A stretch of DNA of 64,000 nt, from NCBI GenBank assembly GCA_965218825.1, contig OZ244656.1, positions 836,965 through 900,964 of the forward strand. The letters run 5' to 3'. This stretch comes from Vicinamibacterales bacterium. GTDB lineage: Bacteria; Acidobacteriota; Vicinamibacteria; Vicinamibacterales; UBA8438. This document shows positions 17,839 through 26,700 of this stretch, in pieces. Within the stretch, counting starts at the first letter, position 1, and the number at the start of each line of letters is the position of its first letter. Made by a program: the position numbers and the translations under genes. The notes beneath the pieces were generated by a model. The model was not told the origin of the DNA and did no database searches. It worked only from the letters and a program-made list of their open reading frames with translations.

Positions 17839-19025
17839 GGTCTACGCCCCAGCGCCGCCTGGATGGACGCGGCCGTCGCGTTGCTCGCGGCGCGCAGCGG
17901 ATCGTCCATCAGGTGGGCATACCGATGAGTGGTCGCCGCCTGCGTGTGGCCCAAGAGGGCCCCGATGACCGGTAAGGTGTGTCCGCTCGAGACCGCCACC
18001 GAGGCAAAGGAATGCCGCAGGTCATGGAGGCGCACATCCGCCAGGCGCGCCCGACGGCGCACCCACGCCCAGGGGGCGGCCAGGCTCACCCGGTGCTGCC
18101 CTGCGCGGACGCCGTGGCCCTCGCCGGGAAACACGAACGGCGAGGTCGCGAATCGCGGCCACCGCGTCAGCACGTCGACGGCGGGCGGGGACAGCAGAAT
18201 CGTCTTGCGGCCGGTCTTCGAATCGGGGAGGTGCAGCGCCCCACCCGCGAGGTCGACATCCGCCCACCGCAGCGACAGGATCTCCCCGACGCGCGCGCCC
18301 GTCAGCAGCAAGAGCCGAATCGCCGTGATAGCCGACGGCGGGATCGCGTCGTACCGCTCGGCGATCCGCAGCGCGGCACCCAGCCGCTTCAGCTCCGCCG
18401 GGCTCAGATAGCGCTGCCGCGCCGGCTCTGGATACTTTTCGACGCCTCGGCACGGATTCGAGCCGCCCGGCCGGTAGCCGGCATCCTCCGCCCAGTTCAG
18501 CAGCTTCGACAGCACGGCCAGCACCCGGTTCGCCAGATACGGGGTGGCGCGCAGGCGATGGTGCAACCGGAGCACGTCGGCCCGACGCAGGTCGGCGATG
18601 GCGAGGGGCCCAAACGTCGGCCGGATGTGGGCGTCCAGCGCCAGCCGATAGAGACGGCCCGTGGATGGCTTCCGCCGGGCCTCGACGTGCTCGCGCATAA
18701 AGCGGTCCCCGACGGCGGCCACCGTCGGGGCCTCACGGTCCACGTCCTGGCGCTCGAGCGGGTCGTCGCCGCCAGCCACCACGCCCAACAGCTGGCGCGC
18801 CCGGCGGCGCGCCTGGTCGAGCGGGATGACGCCCACCCGATCGATCGAGGCCCAGCGGACCCGGCCGGTCGCGAGGCGGTACTTGACGATGAACGCTTTG
18901 GTGCCCGCCGGCGACACCCGGACACCGAATCCGCGAAGCTCGCCGTCCCACGCCACGTACTGCCGCCCAGGCCGGGGTCTTAGGGCCTCGATCGTCCGCT
19001 GCTTCAGCCGACCTGCTGATTGCAC
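17835..19025 (-). CDS. Tyrosine integrase, P4-like (396 aa)
   Basis: N-terminal DUF4102-type LKQRTIEALRP..YVAWDGELRGFGVRVSPAGTKAFIVKYR. Catalytic end HDLRHSFAS...LLGHTQAATTHRYAH. Confidence 0.9.
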   Translation of the reverse strand: MQSAGRLKQRTIEALRPRPGRQYVAWDGELRGFGVRVSPAGTKAFIVKYRLATGRVRWASIDRVGVIPLDQARRRARQLLGVVAGGDDPLERQDVDREAPTVAAVGDRFMREHVEARRKPSTGRLYRLALDAHIRPTFGPLAIADLRRADVLRLHHRLRATPYLANRVLAVLSKLLNWAEDAGYRPGGSNPCRGVEKYPEPARQRYLSPAELKRLGAALRIAERYDAIPPSAITAIRLLLLTGARVGEILSLRWADVDLAGGALHLPDSKTGRKTILLSPPAVDVLTRWPRFATSPFVFPGEGHGVRAGQHRVSLAAPWAWVRRRARLADVRLHDLRHSFASVAVSSGHTLPVIGALLGHTQAATTHRYAHLMDDPLRAASNATAASIQAALGRRP

Positions 19026-19172
19026 CGCCGTGTCCTGCCCCCGCGCATCTAGCTACCGTATAGCTACCACGTGGACGCGGATTCACGCGGAGCCATGCGG
19101 GCATATTACCATGATAATTCCCATGTAATGGACTCATGCGGGAGTATGCGAGACGACGCGGACAAGACGATA

Positions 19173-19221
19173 TTGATTCGTAATCAGCAGGTCCGCGGTT
19201 CGAGTCCGCGCGCCGGCTCCA
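19173..19221 (+). other. Orphan 3' half of a tRNA-Thr(CGU) gene (att-like remnant)
   Basis: ttga-TTCGTAA-tcagc / aggtc / CGCGG-TTCGAGT-CCGCG / cgccggc-t-cca corresponds to anticodon loop (CGT), variable loop, T arm, acceptor 3' strand and CCA. No complementary 5' acceptor strand (gccggcg) or D arm lies upstream. Confidence 0.65.
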
Positions 19222-19390
19222 CTGTTTGCAATAATTTACAGAAACAAGGCATGTCGCCAGAAGATACAGTGTCACCACTGTGTCACCACGCCGACGGGGC
19301 CCGATCGCGCCCCCTCCGCGCGCCTGTGCGTCACCCGTCAGACCCGCGCACGCCGCACCGAGGCGTGAGAGACACCCGCCCATCCCGCCC

Positions 19391-19467
19391 GCGCCCGTCG
19401 CTCAGCTGGACAGCGCATCGGCCTCCTAAGCCGAGGGTCGCAGGTTCGAATCCTGCCGGGCGTGCCA
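19391..19467 (+). tRNA. tRNA-Arg (anticodon CCU)
   Basis: Cloverleaf by hand: acceptor gcgcccg/cgggcgt, anticodon arm tcggc-CTCCTAA-gccga, T arm gcagg-TTCGAAT-cctgc, discriminator G, encoded CCA. 77 nt. Confidence 0.85.
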
Positions 19468-19785
19468 TTTTCCTAAAGAATTCGCCGATTGTGCCCTCTG
19501 CCTCGGCACCAGGGGCGAAGGTGTAGGCGAAAAAAGTGACCGGTCAGGCTCGAAGATTGGCTGACTGAAGTACGCCGAGTGCCACCCCCGCGCTTCCCAA
19601 CGGCCTGCGCCGATGGCATGGTGTGACGTCGGCGGGCGCGTCCTTCTCGACGGCACGTCGGGCGGCGGCTGACGCCGCCGGCCGCGCCCCGACCGCCCCC
19701 GCCGGCTCACGGCGCGGTCGGCGCGCCGAGCATCGAGGAGTGCCTGCATCCCACCCTCACACGCGACGGCTGCCGGCACCGCGTC

Positions 19786-20940
19786 TTACCAGCCCAGCGC
19801 GGCCCGGCCGAGCACCCCCGTGTCCACGCCGCCCTGCGTCGGACGCTCGCGGCGGTGGGCGTCGACGCCCAGCTCGACGTGCATGGCGCCGCGCTGCGCC
19901 ACCGTCAGGCCATAGCCCAGCCGGTAGGCGTGCCCGTATTCGGAGGTGCTGACGCCGACCCGCGGCGTCCCCACGAGCCGGCTCCCCACCGGTAGCCCGT
20001 AGCCGACCTCGCCGTCGAACCGGTTGCCCTGCGCGACGCCGCCGTGCGCCATGCCCGCCATCGTCTCCCGGCCCCACAGCGCCTCGGCGCCGCTGGTCGC
20101 CTGCCCGCCCCACGACGGCGCCACTCGCGCCACCAAGCCCAGCGGCGTCTGTGGCGTTGGGTTGTAGCTCAGCGACACCGCCACGCCCCGCTCGGAGAAG
20201 TCCTCGTCCTGGTGCACCAGCAGCATCCGCACCCGCACGTCCACCGCCAGCCCGGTCCCCGCATCCGACACCACCAGGCCCGCGCCCACGTCCATGCCCG
20301 CGCCCGTCTCGGCATCCCCGCCGTCGTGCCGCAGCCCCACCTCGACGCTCGGCGTCAGCGACAGCCGGCCAGCGAGCGTGTAGGCTCGCGAGCCTTCCAG
20401 CCCGGTCCGGAAGCGGGTGACCGCCGCGTCGGTCGCCTTCAGGCGTCCCGCCGGGCCGTCCACCCCGTCGATGGCCGTGCCGACCCATAGCGCGTCGGCC
20501 TTGAACGCCAGCGCGAAGCCGCTCGCGCCCCCGGCCACCAGCTCGCCCCGCGTGCCCGCCGCCGCCATCGCCATCGACAGACCCGACTCGAGCGCCTGCC
20601 CGCTGTCCGGCGTCAGCCGCAGCCCGCCGGTCCCGTAGCCGGCCACGCCCCACACCGTCACGCGCTCGGTCATCTTGTAGCCCAGCCACGGGTAGCACAC
20701 CTTCGCTTCGAAGCTGGTGCCTTCAGCATCGGCGGATACGACGTCGACGCTGCTCAGGGTGTAGCCGGTCGCATGCGGACCGGTCGTGAACCTCTGCGCG
20801 CCTCGGGTACTGAACTCACCGGTCAAGGTTGAACCCTGGCCGATGTTGCTGACCAGGGGGGTGACGCTCTGCGCCTGGGCCGTCGTCGGCAGCAGCAGGG
20901 CGAGCGCGCCAAAGAGTACGAGCAGCGCCGCGCCGGCCAT
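19786..20940 (-). CDS. Autotransporter-type outer-membrane beta-barrel protein with a short passenger (385 aa)
   Basis: Signal peptide MAGAALLVLFGALALLLPTTAQAQ. Alternating beta-strand pattern. C-terminal ..VLGRAALGW with a terminal aromatic residue. Start set at the internal Met, because the longer ORF begins inside low-complexity Pro/Arg sequence. Confidence 0.7.
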   Translation of the reverse strand: MAGAALLVLFGALALLLPTTAQAQSVTPLVSNIGQGSTLTGEFSTRGAQRFTTGPHATGYTLSSVDVVSADAEGTSFEAKVCYPWLGYKMTERVTVWGVAGYGTGGLRLTPDSGQALESGLSMAMAAAGTRGELVAGGASGFALAFKADALWVGTAIDGVDGPAGRLKATDAAVTRFRTGLEGSRAYTLAGRLSLTPSVEVGLRHDGGDAETGAGMDVGAGLVVSDAGTGLAVDVRVRMLLVHQDEDFSERGVAVSLSYNPTPQTPLGLVARVAPSWGGQATSGAEALWGRETMAGMAHGGVAQGNRFDGEVGYGLPVGSRLVGTPRVGVSTSEYGHAYRLGYGLTVAQRGAMHVELGVDAHRRERPTQGGVDTGVLGRAALGW

Positions 20941-21090
20941 CGCGCGGGACCCGGCCGGCCGTCCGGCGGCGGATGCGGCATATGTAGAAGGAGAAGGAGA
21001 AGGTAAGGAACCGCCGCCCCGGCGGGGCGGCCGGCGATCAGGCGGCGATGGCGGGCGGCGTTGCTCCCGCGGCCGAGGCGCCGTCATGGC

Positions 21091-21175
21091 CTCGGCTCGG
21101 CTCGGCTCGGCTCGGCTCAGCTCAGCTCAGCTCAGCTCAGCTCAGCTCAGCTCAGCTCAGCTCAGCTCAGCTCAG
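21091..21175. repeat. Pentanucleotide tandem repeat (CTCGG)x5 followed by (CTCAG)x12
   Basis: Read directly: 17 perfect 5-nt units over 85 bp. It lies in the divergent intergenic region between the autotransporter gene and the RHH/PLD-helicase genes. Confidence 0.95.
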
Positions 21176-21518
21176 AATAGCCGACTCAAAACGCTCGCTG
21201 GATGTCAAGTCTTTTGTCGAGTCGTCCATCCCTGTTCTTCCTCCGCGCCGTTCCGACCGGAGAAATCGCGCGCGCAAGGCGACGGCTCCGATCGTGCTCA
21301 CCGTCTCGTTCTCACCGTCGTCCCCTGCCGATTTCAGCCGCGCCCCATGACACCGGCGTCTCGGGCGTCGTCGAGGTGTCGAACGACACTTGACCGCCGA
21401 GCGTCCGTCCGGAACGTCGAACGCACCCATAAGCCCACATACCCTTGCTACCACGCAGCTTACACGCGCCTCACTGATTCGGAAAACTGAAAGAATTTGC
21501 CCTCTGGCACAATATGAT

Positions 21519-21791
21519 TTGGCCAAATGCGCGGCCCAGAAAATCAGCGATCGTCGCCTTTCGGTGGCTCTCGATGAGAGAGAATACGAGGAACTGGCGC
21601 GCCTCGGCGCAGAACTCAACCTGTCGGCTGCGTAGTTGATCCATCTGGCCGTCCAGGAGTTCGTGGCGCGGCACGGCGACGGCATCGTGCCCGACCTGCC
21701 GTTGCGCCACCCCAGAAACCGAAGCGGGCGACGGCAACAAAACGGAAGGATCGCATGGCGCATGACCCACCAGTGCAGGACGACCTCGTAA
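21519..21791 (+). pseudogene. Ribbon-helix-helix (CopG-like) regulator interrupted by an in-frame TAG
   Basis: ..RRLSVALDEREYEELARLGAELNLSAA*LIHLAVQEFVARHG. The TAG at 21633-21635 sits where RHH proteins usually carry Trp (TGG). TTG start proposed at 21519. Confidence 0.5.
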
Positions 21792-22751
21792 ACGTCGCAC
21801 CGGAACTAACGCTGCGGTCGCTGAAGGGAGTCCGGCCACTCTACATGCTGCCAGCCGACCCGCTGGCCGAGGAAGTCCTGATTCCCGGATTCCAGTCTGC
21901 CGGAAAGGTCGACTGCATGGTGGGCTTCTTTTCAAGCGAGGTGCTTGCCTCGCTTGCGCCAGGCCTCGCCACCTACATCTCCGGCTCCGAAAACAGCTTC
22001 CGGCTCATCATCAGCCCTCTGCTCCGGGCCGAGGACCAGGTCGCCATCGAGGACGGGCTGAACTCCGCGGAAGAGACCGCGGACAGAATTCTCGAAGAGC
22101 TGATCGTCACCGAAGACCTACTCCAGCGGCATACTTTGAAATGCCTGTCGTGGCTCCTACGCGAAGGGCGAATCGAGATCAAGGTCGCCCTGATGAAAGA
22201 CGCGCTCTTTCATCCGAAGGTGTGGCTCTTCGAGAACGGCAGCGATGTCGTCGCCGCGCACGGTTCGAGCAACGTGACCTATGCGGGCATACGGAAGAAC
22301 ATCGAGCAGATCGCGATCTCGAGATCGTGGCAGGACGCGAACCAGCGCTACATCACTGACAAGCTGGGTTACGAATTCGGCCGCCTGTGGGAGAACAAGG
22401 ACGATAACTGTCTCGTCATCGGCATGCCCGAGGCGGTCCGTCAACGGCTGTTGCGGACCTACAGCTCGGAAACACCTCCGACCGAAGACGATCTGAGAGC
22501 TTTGTACGGCCGCGCGGCAGGGGTTCCGGAAGAGCCGGAGCCTTGCGAACCGGCTTCTGTTCAGCACACAGGATTCGCCATACCGGGCTGGCTGCAATAC
22601 GAAGACGGCCCGTTCGAACACCAGAGCAAGGCCGTCGCGGCGTGGTGCGCAGCCGGACATCGCGGCGTGCAGGAAATGGCGACGGGCTCGGGCAAGACGA
22701 TCACCTCGATGATCGGCGCGCACCGTCTCTATGAACAAGACAAGCCGCTGC
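21755..22751 (+). pseudogene. PLD-family nuclease domain fused to an SF2 (type III restriction Res-like) helicase, truncated after helicase motif I
   Basis: HKD-type FHPKVWLFENG...AHGSSNVT, then EMATGSGKTITSMI (Walker A). Similarity ends at ..YEQDKPLL, where IS-derived sequence begins. Confidence 0.7.
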
Positions 22752-22990
22752 TAGTCCCCGAGGGGATCGACAGACGCGGCAGTCGTACTACGATGCCGAG
22801 CATGCGAGGAGACGACCGCCAGCCTGACGCTCTGTTTAGTTACGTGTCCGCCGAACAGCGGGTCCCGAAGAATCATCCGCTGCGCCGAATTCGCGCGCTG
22901 GTCGACGAGGTCCTGCACGACATGAGCCGGGAGCTCGACGGGCTCTACACCCCGCTCCGCTGGGCCCCCAGCGTGGTTGAGAATCCGTCC
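22752..22990 (+). mobile_element. IS1182/IS5-superfamily fragment (5' region and first ~45 codons of the transposase)
   Basis: ALFSYVSAEQRVPKNHPLRRIRALVDEVLHDMSRELDGLY (DUF772-type N-terminus). The upstream gaggggatcgaca...gtcgtactac resembles the left end of the IS at 48838. Confidence 0.6.
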
Positions 22991-23101
22991 ATGCACTAAC
23001 ATGCCAACTGGACCACCCGATGGGAGCTGGTCAAGTCTCTTGGCCCTGTCGTGTACCCTCCATTTCACCCGCGTTGCGGTGAACACGACGCACACTAGGC
23101 G

Positions 23102-26100
23102 GTGAGCACGATGCGACACGTTACAGGTTCCATCAGGTGGTTGCACTTGTCCGATCTACACATCGGGCACAAGGAACACGTAGGGCGACTGCCGAACCTT
23201 CGGGAGATCTTTTTCAACGATCTGCGTGAGCTTCACGACTCGTCGGGACCTTGGCACCTAGTCCTGTTCTCGGGGGATATCGTCAACACAGGCACGAAGC
23301 AGGAGTTCGACGCTGCCACGGAGTTCCTAACCGAAGCGTGGGAGGTTATGAAGTCCCTCGGCTCCACACCGCGTCTTGTCGCATCACCAGGCAACCACGA
23401 CATCCATAGGCCACGAACCAAGAACAACCCATCATTGAGGGCATTCCGTAACTGGCACGCGGATCACGAACTTAGGCAGGAATTCTGGACTTCCTCTAGC
23501 AGTGCCTACCGAAAGCTAGTTGAAAGGGCATTCGCTTCCTACTGTGAATGGTACGATAACCTCCCGCTTCCAAAGCTCTTGGACGTGAGTCAGGGCCTCT
23601 TACCTGGCGACATGGCGGCTCGGGTCACGATTGACGGCCTGCGTGTTGGCGTGGTGTGTCTTAATTCTTCGTTTCTCCAACTAACTGGCGACGATTATAA
23701 ACGTCGACTGGACCTAGACGTCAGACAATTGGCGAACGTCTGCCAACTGAATCACATTAGGTGGCTGGAGGAAGTCGACCTTGCATTCCTATTGACGCAT
23801 CACAGCCCGGCCTGGCTCGAACCCGATAGGCGACGTGAGTTCGATGCTGAGGTCTACCCTCCTGGGCGTTTCTACTCCCACATTTGTGGACACCTGCATG
23901 AACCCGAAGCCACGGACCACAGTGTTGGTGGCGCCGAGGTTCGTCGTACTCGTATAGGGGCGTCGCTCTTCGGATTAGAGCGATCTGCTAAAAATGTGGG
24001 AAGACGGCATGGCTACTCTGCCGGCCAGATCACCTTGACCCCCAGTGGAGAACTACTTGAGAGCATGTGGCCACGGCTGACAAAACAAGGCCAAGCTGGA
24101 AACGTGCGCTTCGTCCCGGATCACCAGTATCAACTTGATAAGAACCAGGCAGTCACATGGTCATCACAACGACTAGTGCCCCCGCCTTCAGGGTCAAATG
24201 CTGCTCCATCTCAGTCCGACAGCGTGGAAGGTGAATTCTCGCTCCTCGCTGACGTGTCCGAGGCGGCGGCCACGACAGCGCTACAAATGGTACCCCGCAC
24301 TCGGCTGGAGTACGGGCCGCAGCATCGTAGGATCCGCCGCCAGGAACAATTAACAGCAGAGCAGCTGCTCCATGAGAAACGGCACGTCTGGGTGATTTCG
24401 GACTGGGGCTTGGCAACCCGTGAGTTCGTTGCCTCGTTCGTTGCTGCGTTTGGGGAATACAACGATCTGAGCTCCAACGACGTCTTCTCTGTCCAATGCG
24501 ACGAGGTCGTCAGCACTCATGCTCTTCGGGAATCAATCCACAAGCAGCTCGGTGTGACGGCACAGCAGCTTTTCAGCCGTGCTGCAGGATTGCCGTTTTG
24601 TCTGCTCGTGCTTGAAAACCTGTCCTTGGAATTGACAGGTGACGCTCCTGTTGCCGCAGACAATGACATCCGCTCAGTTCTTCAGTCGTTTCTCGACTAT
24701 TGCCCGTCTCTTCATATAGTTCTCACTGCTAGGTACTCGCCACAGTGGGATGTGCCTGTAGTCGAGTTACGGGCGCTCGAATTGCCAGATGTGAGGACCT
24801 ATGTTCAGCATCACCCGACCGGAGGTGACTCCCTCACCGACGTCGAAACGATAGAGATTCTGCATCGTTGTTCAGCTGGATTGCCAGTTCATCTTGATCG
24901 CTTGCTTGACTCACTGCGCTATGTGGGGCGAGAAGAACTGGGAGAGTTCGAACTGGATACGCAAAGTGACGCTCACGAGGAGGTGCCACACTCTCTAGAA
25001 CGTGCCGTGACGGAACTTGCGAATTCACCGGCTCGGTACTCCAAGCGCAGCTATCGTCTACTGAAGATTCTTACGCTCCTACCGGACGGCGAAAGGCTAG
25101 AGCAGCTCAAGCATTTCGACGGGACCGAGCCGCTCTTTCCAAGGAACGCTGCCGAATTGGAGGATCTCTCGCTGCTTCAGGTCGTGCAAGATACAGACTT
25201 GCTGTTGGCTCGGTCCACATCCTCGCAAGCGGTTCCTGGTCCTACGAAACGCCTTCTCGTTCCTCGACAGGTCCGCGATTTCGTCCGGACACTGATGTCG
25301 GATGCGGAGCAAAGAGAGATATACGAACGAGCTGCTGAGATTGTGTTCGGCGCAGACTGGCGGAATGGAAACCTGAGAAGCAGATACTTCGCCGAGTCTG
25401 CTGTGGGCAGACGCAATGAGAGCGTCATATTCAAGCGCCTGCTGGCGGACGCAATTGAAATGGCCGATCAGACTCGGGCCCAACGGATAACGCAGTTGAT
25501 TGCCGGTGTAGTCGATGGACTGGATGGCAAGGATAGATATCGAGAGGCGAGCGTAATCATCAAAGAGCTGCTGCCGCTGGTGCGCAGGGTGGACGACAAG
25601 GCATCTGAGAGTACGATCTTGAAAGTCCACGGATCATCGCTACGAATGCTAGGTCACGCGGACGATGCAGCAACCGTGTTGGAGCAGCTTCTGAACGATG
25701 GGGAGATGGAACTGGAAAAGCAGGAACTCCTGAGCGTACAGACGGATCTGGCCTTCATATATGAGCGAAGGAAGAACAAAAAGCACGCGGTGCGAGCAGC
25801 GCAGGAAATTCAACGCTTGTCGCCACGGAAGTCATCAGGCAAGTATCTTGAAGCGGAAGCCATCATTGCAAACATGACTCTCGAGGACGCAGAACGCGTC
25901 AACAAATTGAAGAGCGTAGAGCGACGGGCAAGACAACACGAACGTACAATGGTTGCGAACAACACCGCTTTGACGTTGTCGCGCCTTAAGGAAGCGGGTC
26001 CCGCTGAGTTGTGGCAGCAGCGTGTGATCGACTCAAAGGGCAACCAGTACAACCGTCTCAGGGCTATAGTGGCGAAGGCCAATCGGTTGATAGCTCTTGG

Positions 26101-26416
26101 CAAGAGCTCATCGCTGTCCCCCGAAGAGCACGGAGTATTGGTGATGGGCTACAGCTACTTGTACGCGCAACGCATGACGAGTTTGTTCCGAAGATGTCAC
26201 GGTGCATTGTGGAAAATATTGATGAGTGAACGGCGACTGGGGGACTTGTTGAGGATCTTTCGCCATAGTTCCTTCTTGTGGCGGTTGTATGGCGAGGTGG
26301 ATACTGAACGGCAGTACTACAACGAGCTGGAACGCTTGGAGCTTGACGATATCACCCGCTCTGGAGGTATTGATGCAGTGTACTTCGAAGCCAGGAGACT
26401 GGAACTGAGGGCGTAG
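23102..26416 (+). CDS. Large metallophosphoesterase-domain protein with a helical/TPR-like C-terminal two thirds (1104 aa)
   Basis: Calcineurin-like motifs LSDLH, FSGDIVNTG, SPGNHD, LLTHH, ICGHLHE in the first ~300 aa. The central region has STAND-like strand/helix spacing, but I could find no Walker A. The C-terminus is repetitive helical. The region is AT-richer than the flanks. Confidence 0.75.
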   Translation: MSTMRHVTGSIRWLHLSDLHIGHKEHVGRLPNLREIFFNDLRELHDSSGPWHLVLFSGDIVNTGTKQEFDAATEFLTEAWEVMKSLGSTPRLVASPGNHDIHRPRTKNNPSLRAFRNWHADHELRQEFWTSSSSAYRKLVERAFASYCEWYDNLPLPKLLDVSQGLLPGDMAARVTIDGLRVGVVCLNSSFLQLTGDDYKRRLDLDVRQLANVCQLNHIRWLEEVDLAFLLTHHSPAWLEPDRRREFDAEVYPPGRFYSHICGHLHEPEATDHSVGGAEVRRTRIGASLFGLERSAKNVGRRHGYSAGQITLTPSGELLESMWPRLTKQGQAGNVRFVPDHQYQLDKNQAVTWSSQRLVPPPSGSNAAPSQSDSVEGEFSLLADVSEAAATTALQMVPRTRLEYGPQHRRIRRQEQLTAEQLLHEKRHVWVISDWGLATREFVASFVAAFGEYNDLSSNDVFSVQCDEVVSTHALRESIHKQLGVTAQQLFSRAAGLPFCLLVLENLSLELTGDAPVAADNDIRSVLQSFLDYCPSLHIVLTARYSPQWDVPVVELRALELPDVRTYVQHHPTGGDSLTDVETIEILHRCSAGLPVHLDRLLDSLRYVGREELGEFELDTQSDAHEEVPHSLERAVTELANSPARYSKRSYRLLKILTLLPDGERLEQLKHFDGTEPLFPRNAAELEDLSLLQVVQDTDLLLARSTSSQAVPGPTKRLLVPRQVRDFVRTLMSDAEQREIYERAAEIVFGADWRNGNLRSRYFAESAVGRRNESVIFKRLLADAIEMADQTRAQRITQLIAGVVDGLDGKDRYREASVIIKELLPLVRRVDDKASESTILKVHGSSLRMLGHADDAATVLEQLLNDGEMELEKQELLSVQTDLAFIYERRKNKKHAVRAAQEIQRLSPRKSSGKYLEAEAIIANMTLEDAERVNKLKSVERRARQHERTMVANNTALTLSRLKEAGPAELWQQRVIDSKGNQYNRLRAIVAKANRLIALGKSSSLSPEEHGVLVMGYSYLYAQRMTSLFRRCHGALWKILMSERRLGDLLRIFRHSSFLWRLYGEVDTERQYYNELERLELDDITRSGGIDAVYFEARRLELRA

Positions 26417-26449
26417 AGCGTCCAAAGCCTGTTTCTTGCGGTACGCTGC

Positions 26450-26700
26450 CCCTGAATCCGGACCATAGGATGGTGGACGTTCGAGCGCTTTGGAAGGCGC
26501 TGCCATGCAGAAGTCGTTGGTTACGGAGCGTCAGATCGTTGGCATCCTGAAGAAAGGTGCGAGGCGGGCGTTCCGATCGCGGACTTGGTGCGCCAGCACG
26601 GCATCAGTCGCGCGACGTATCTCAACTGGCGGTCGAAGTACGCGGGGGTAGTGTTCCCGAAAAGTAGACGGCCGGTAGCTGGATCTTCAGCGCCTTGACG
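26450..26700 (+). mobile_element. IS3-family left-end remnant with a frameshifted orfA
   Basis: tgaatccggaccatagg.. (TG-start IR-like). ATG at 26505: MQKSLVTERQIVGILKK, then a frame change to ..VPIADLVRQHGISRATYLNWRSKYAG. Confidence 0.55.

Noticed and set aside
19100-19232. A complete tRNA or the 3' end of a tmRNA gene next to the integrase.
   Set aside because: - **tRNA:** no complementary 5' acceptor strand (gccggcg) and no D arm lies within 100 nt upstream.
- **tmRNA:** this would need a GGGGCCG-type 5' end a few hundred nt upstream, which falls inside the integrase gene and is absent. The anticodon-loop-like TTCGTAA fits a tRNA-Thr half better.
20786-21490. ORF 20786..21490 (234 aa) containing SARLGSARLSSAQLSSAQL... 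as a repeat-containing protein.
   Set aside because: The periodic peptide is simply the translation of the pentanucleotide array. The ORF is antisense to the autotransporter N-terminus and has no start context or recognisable domain.
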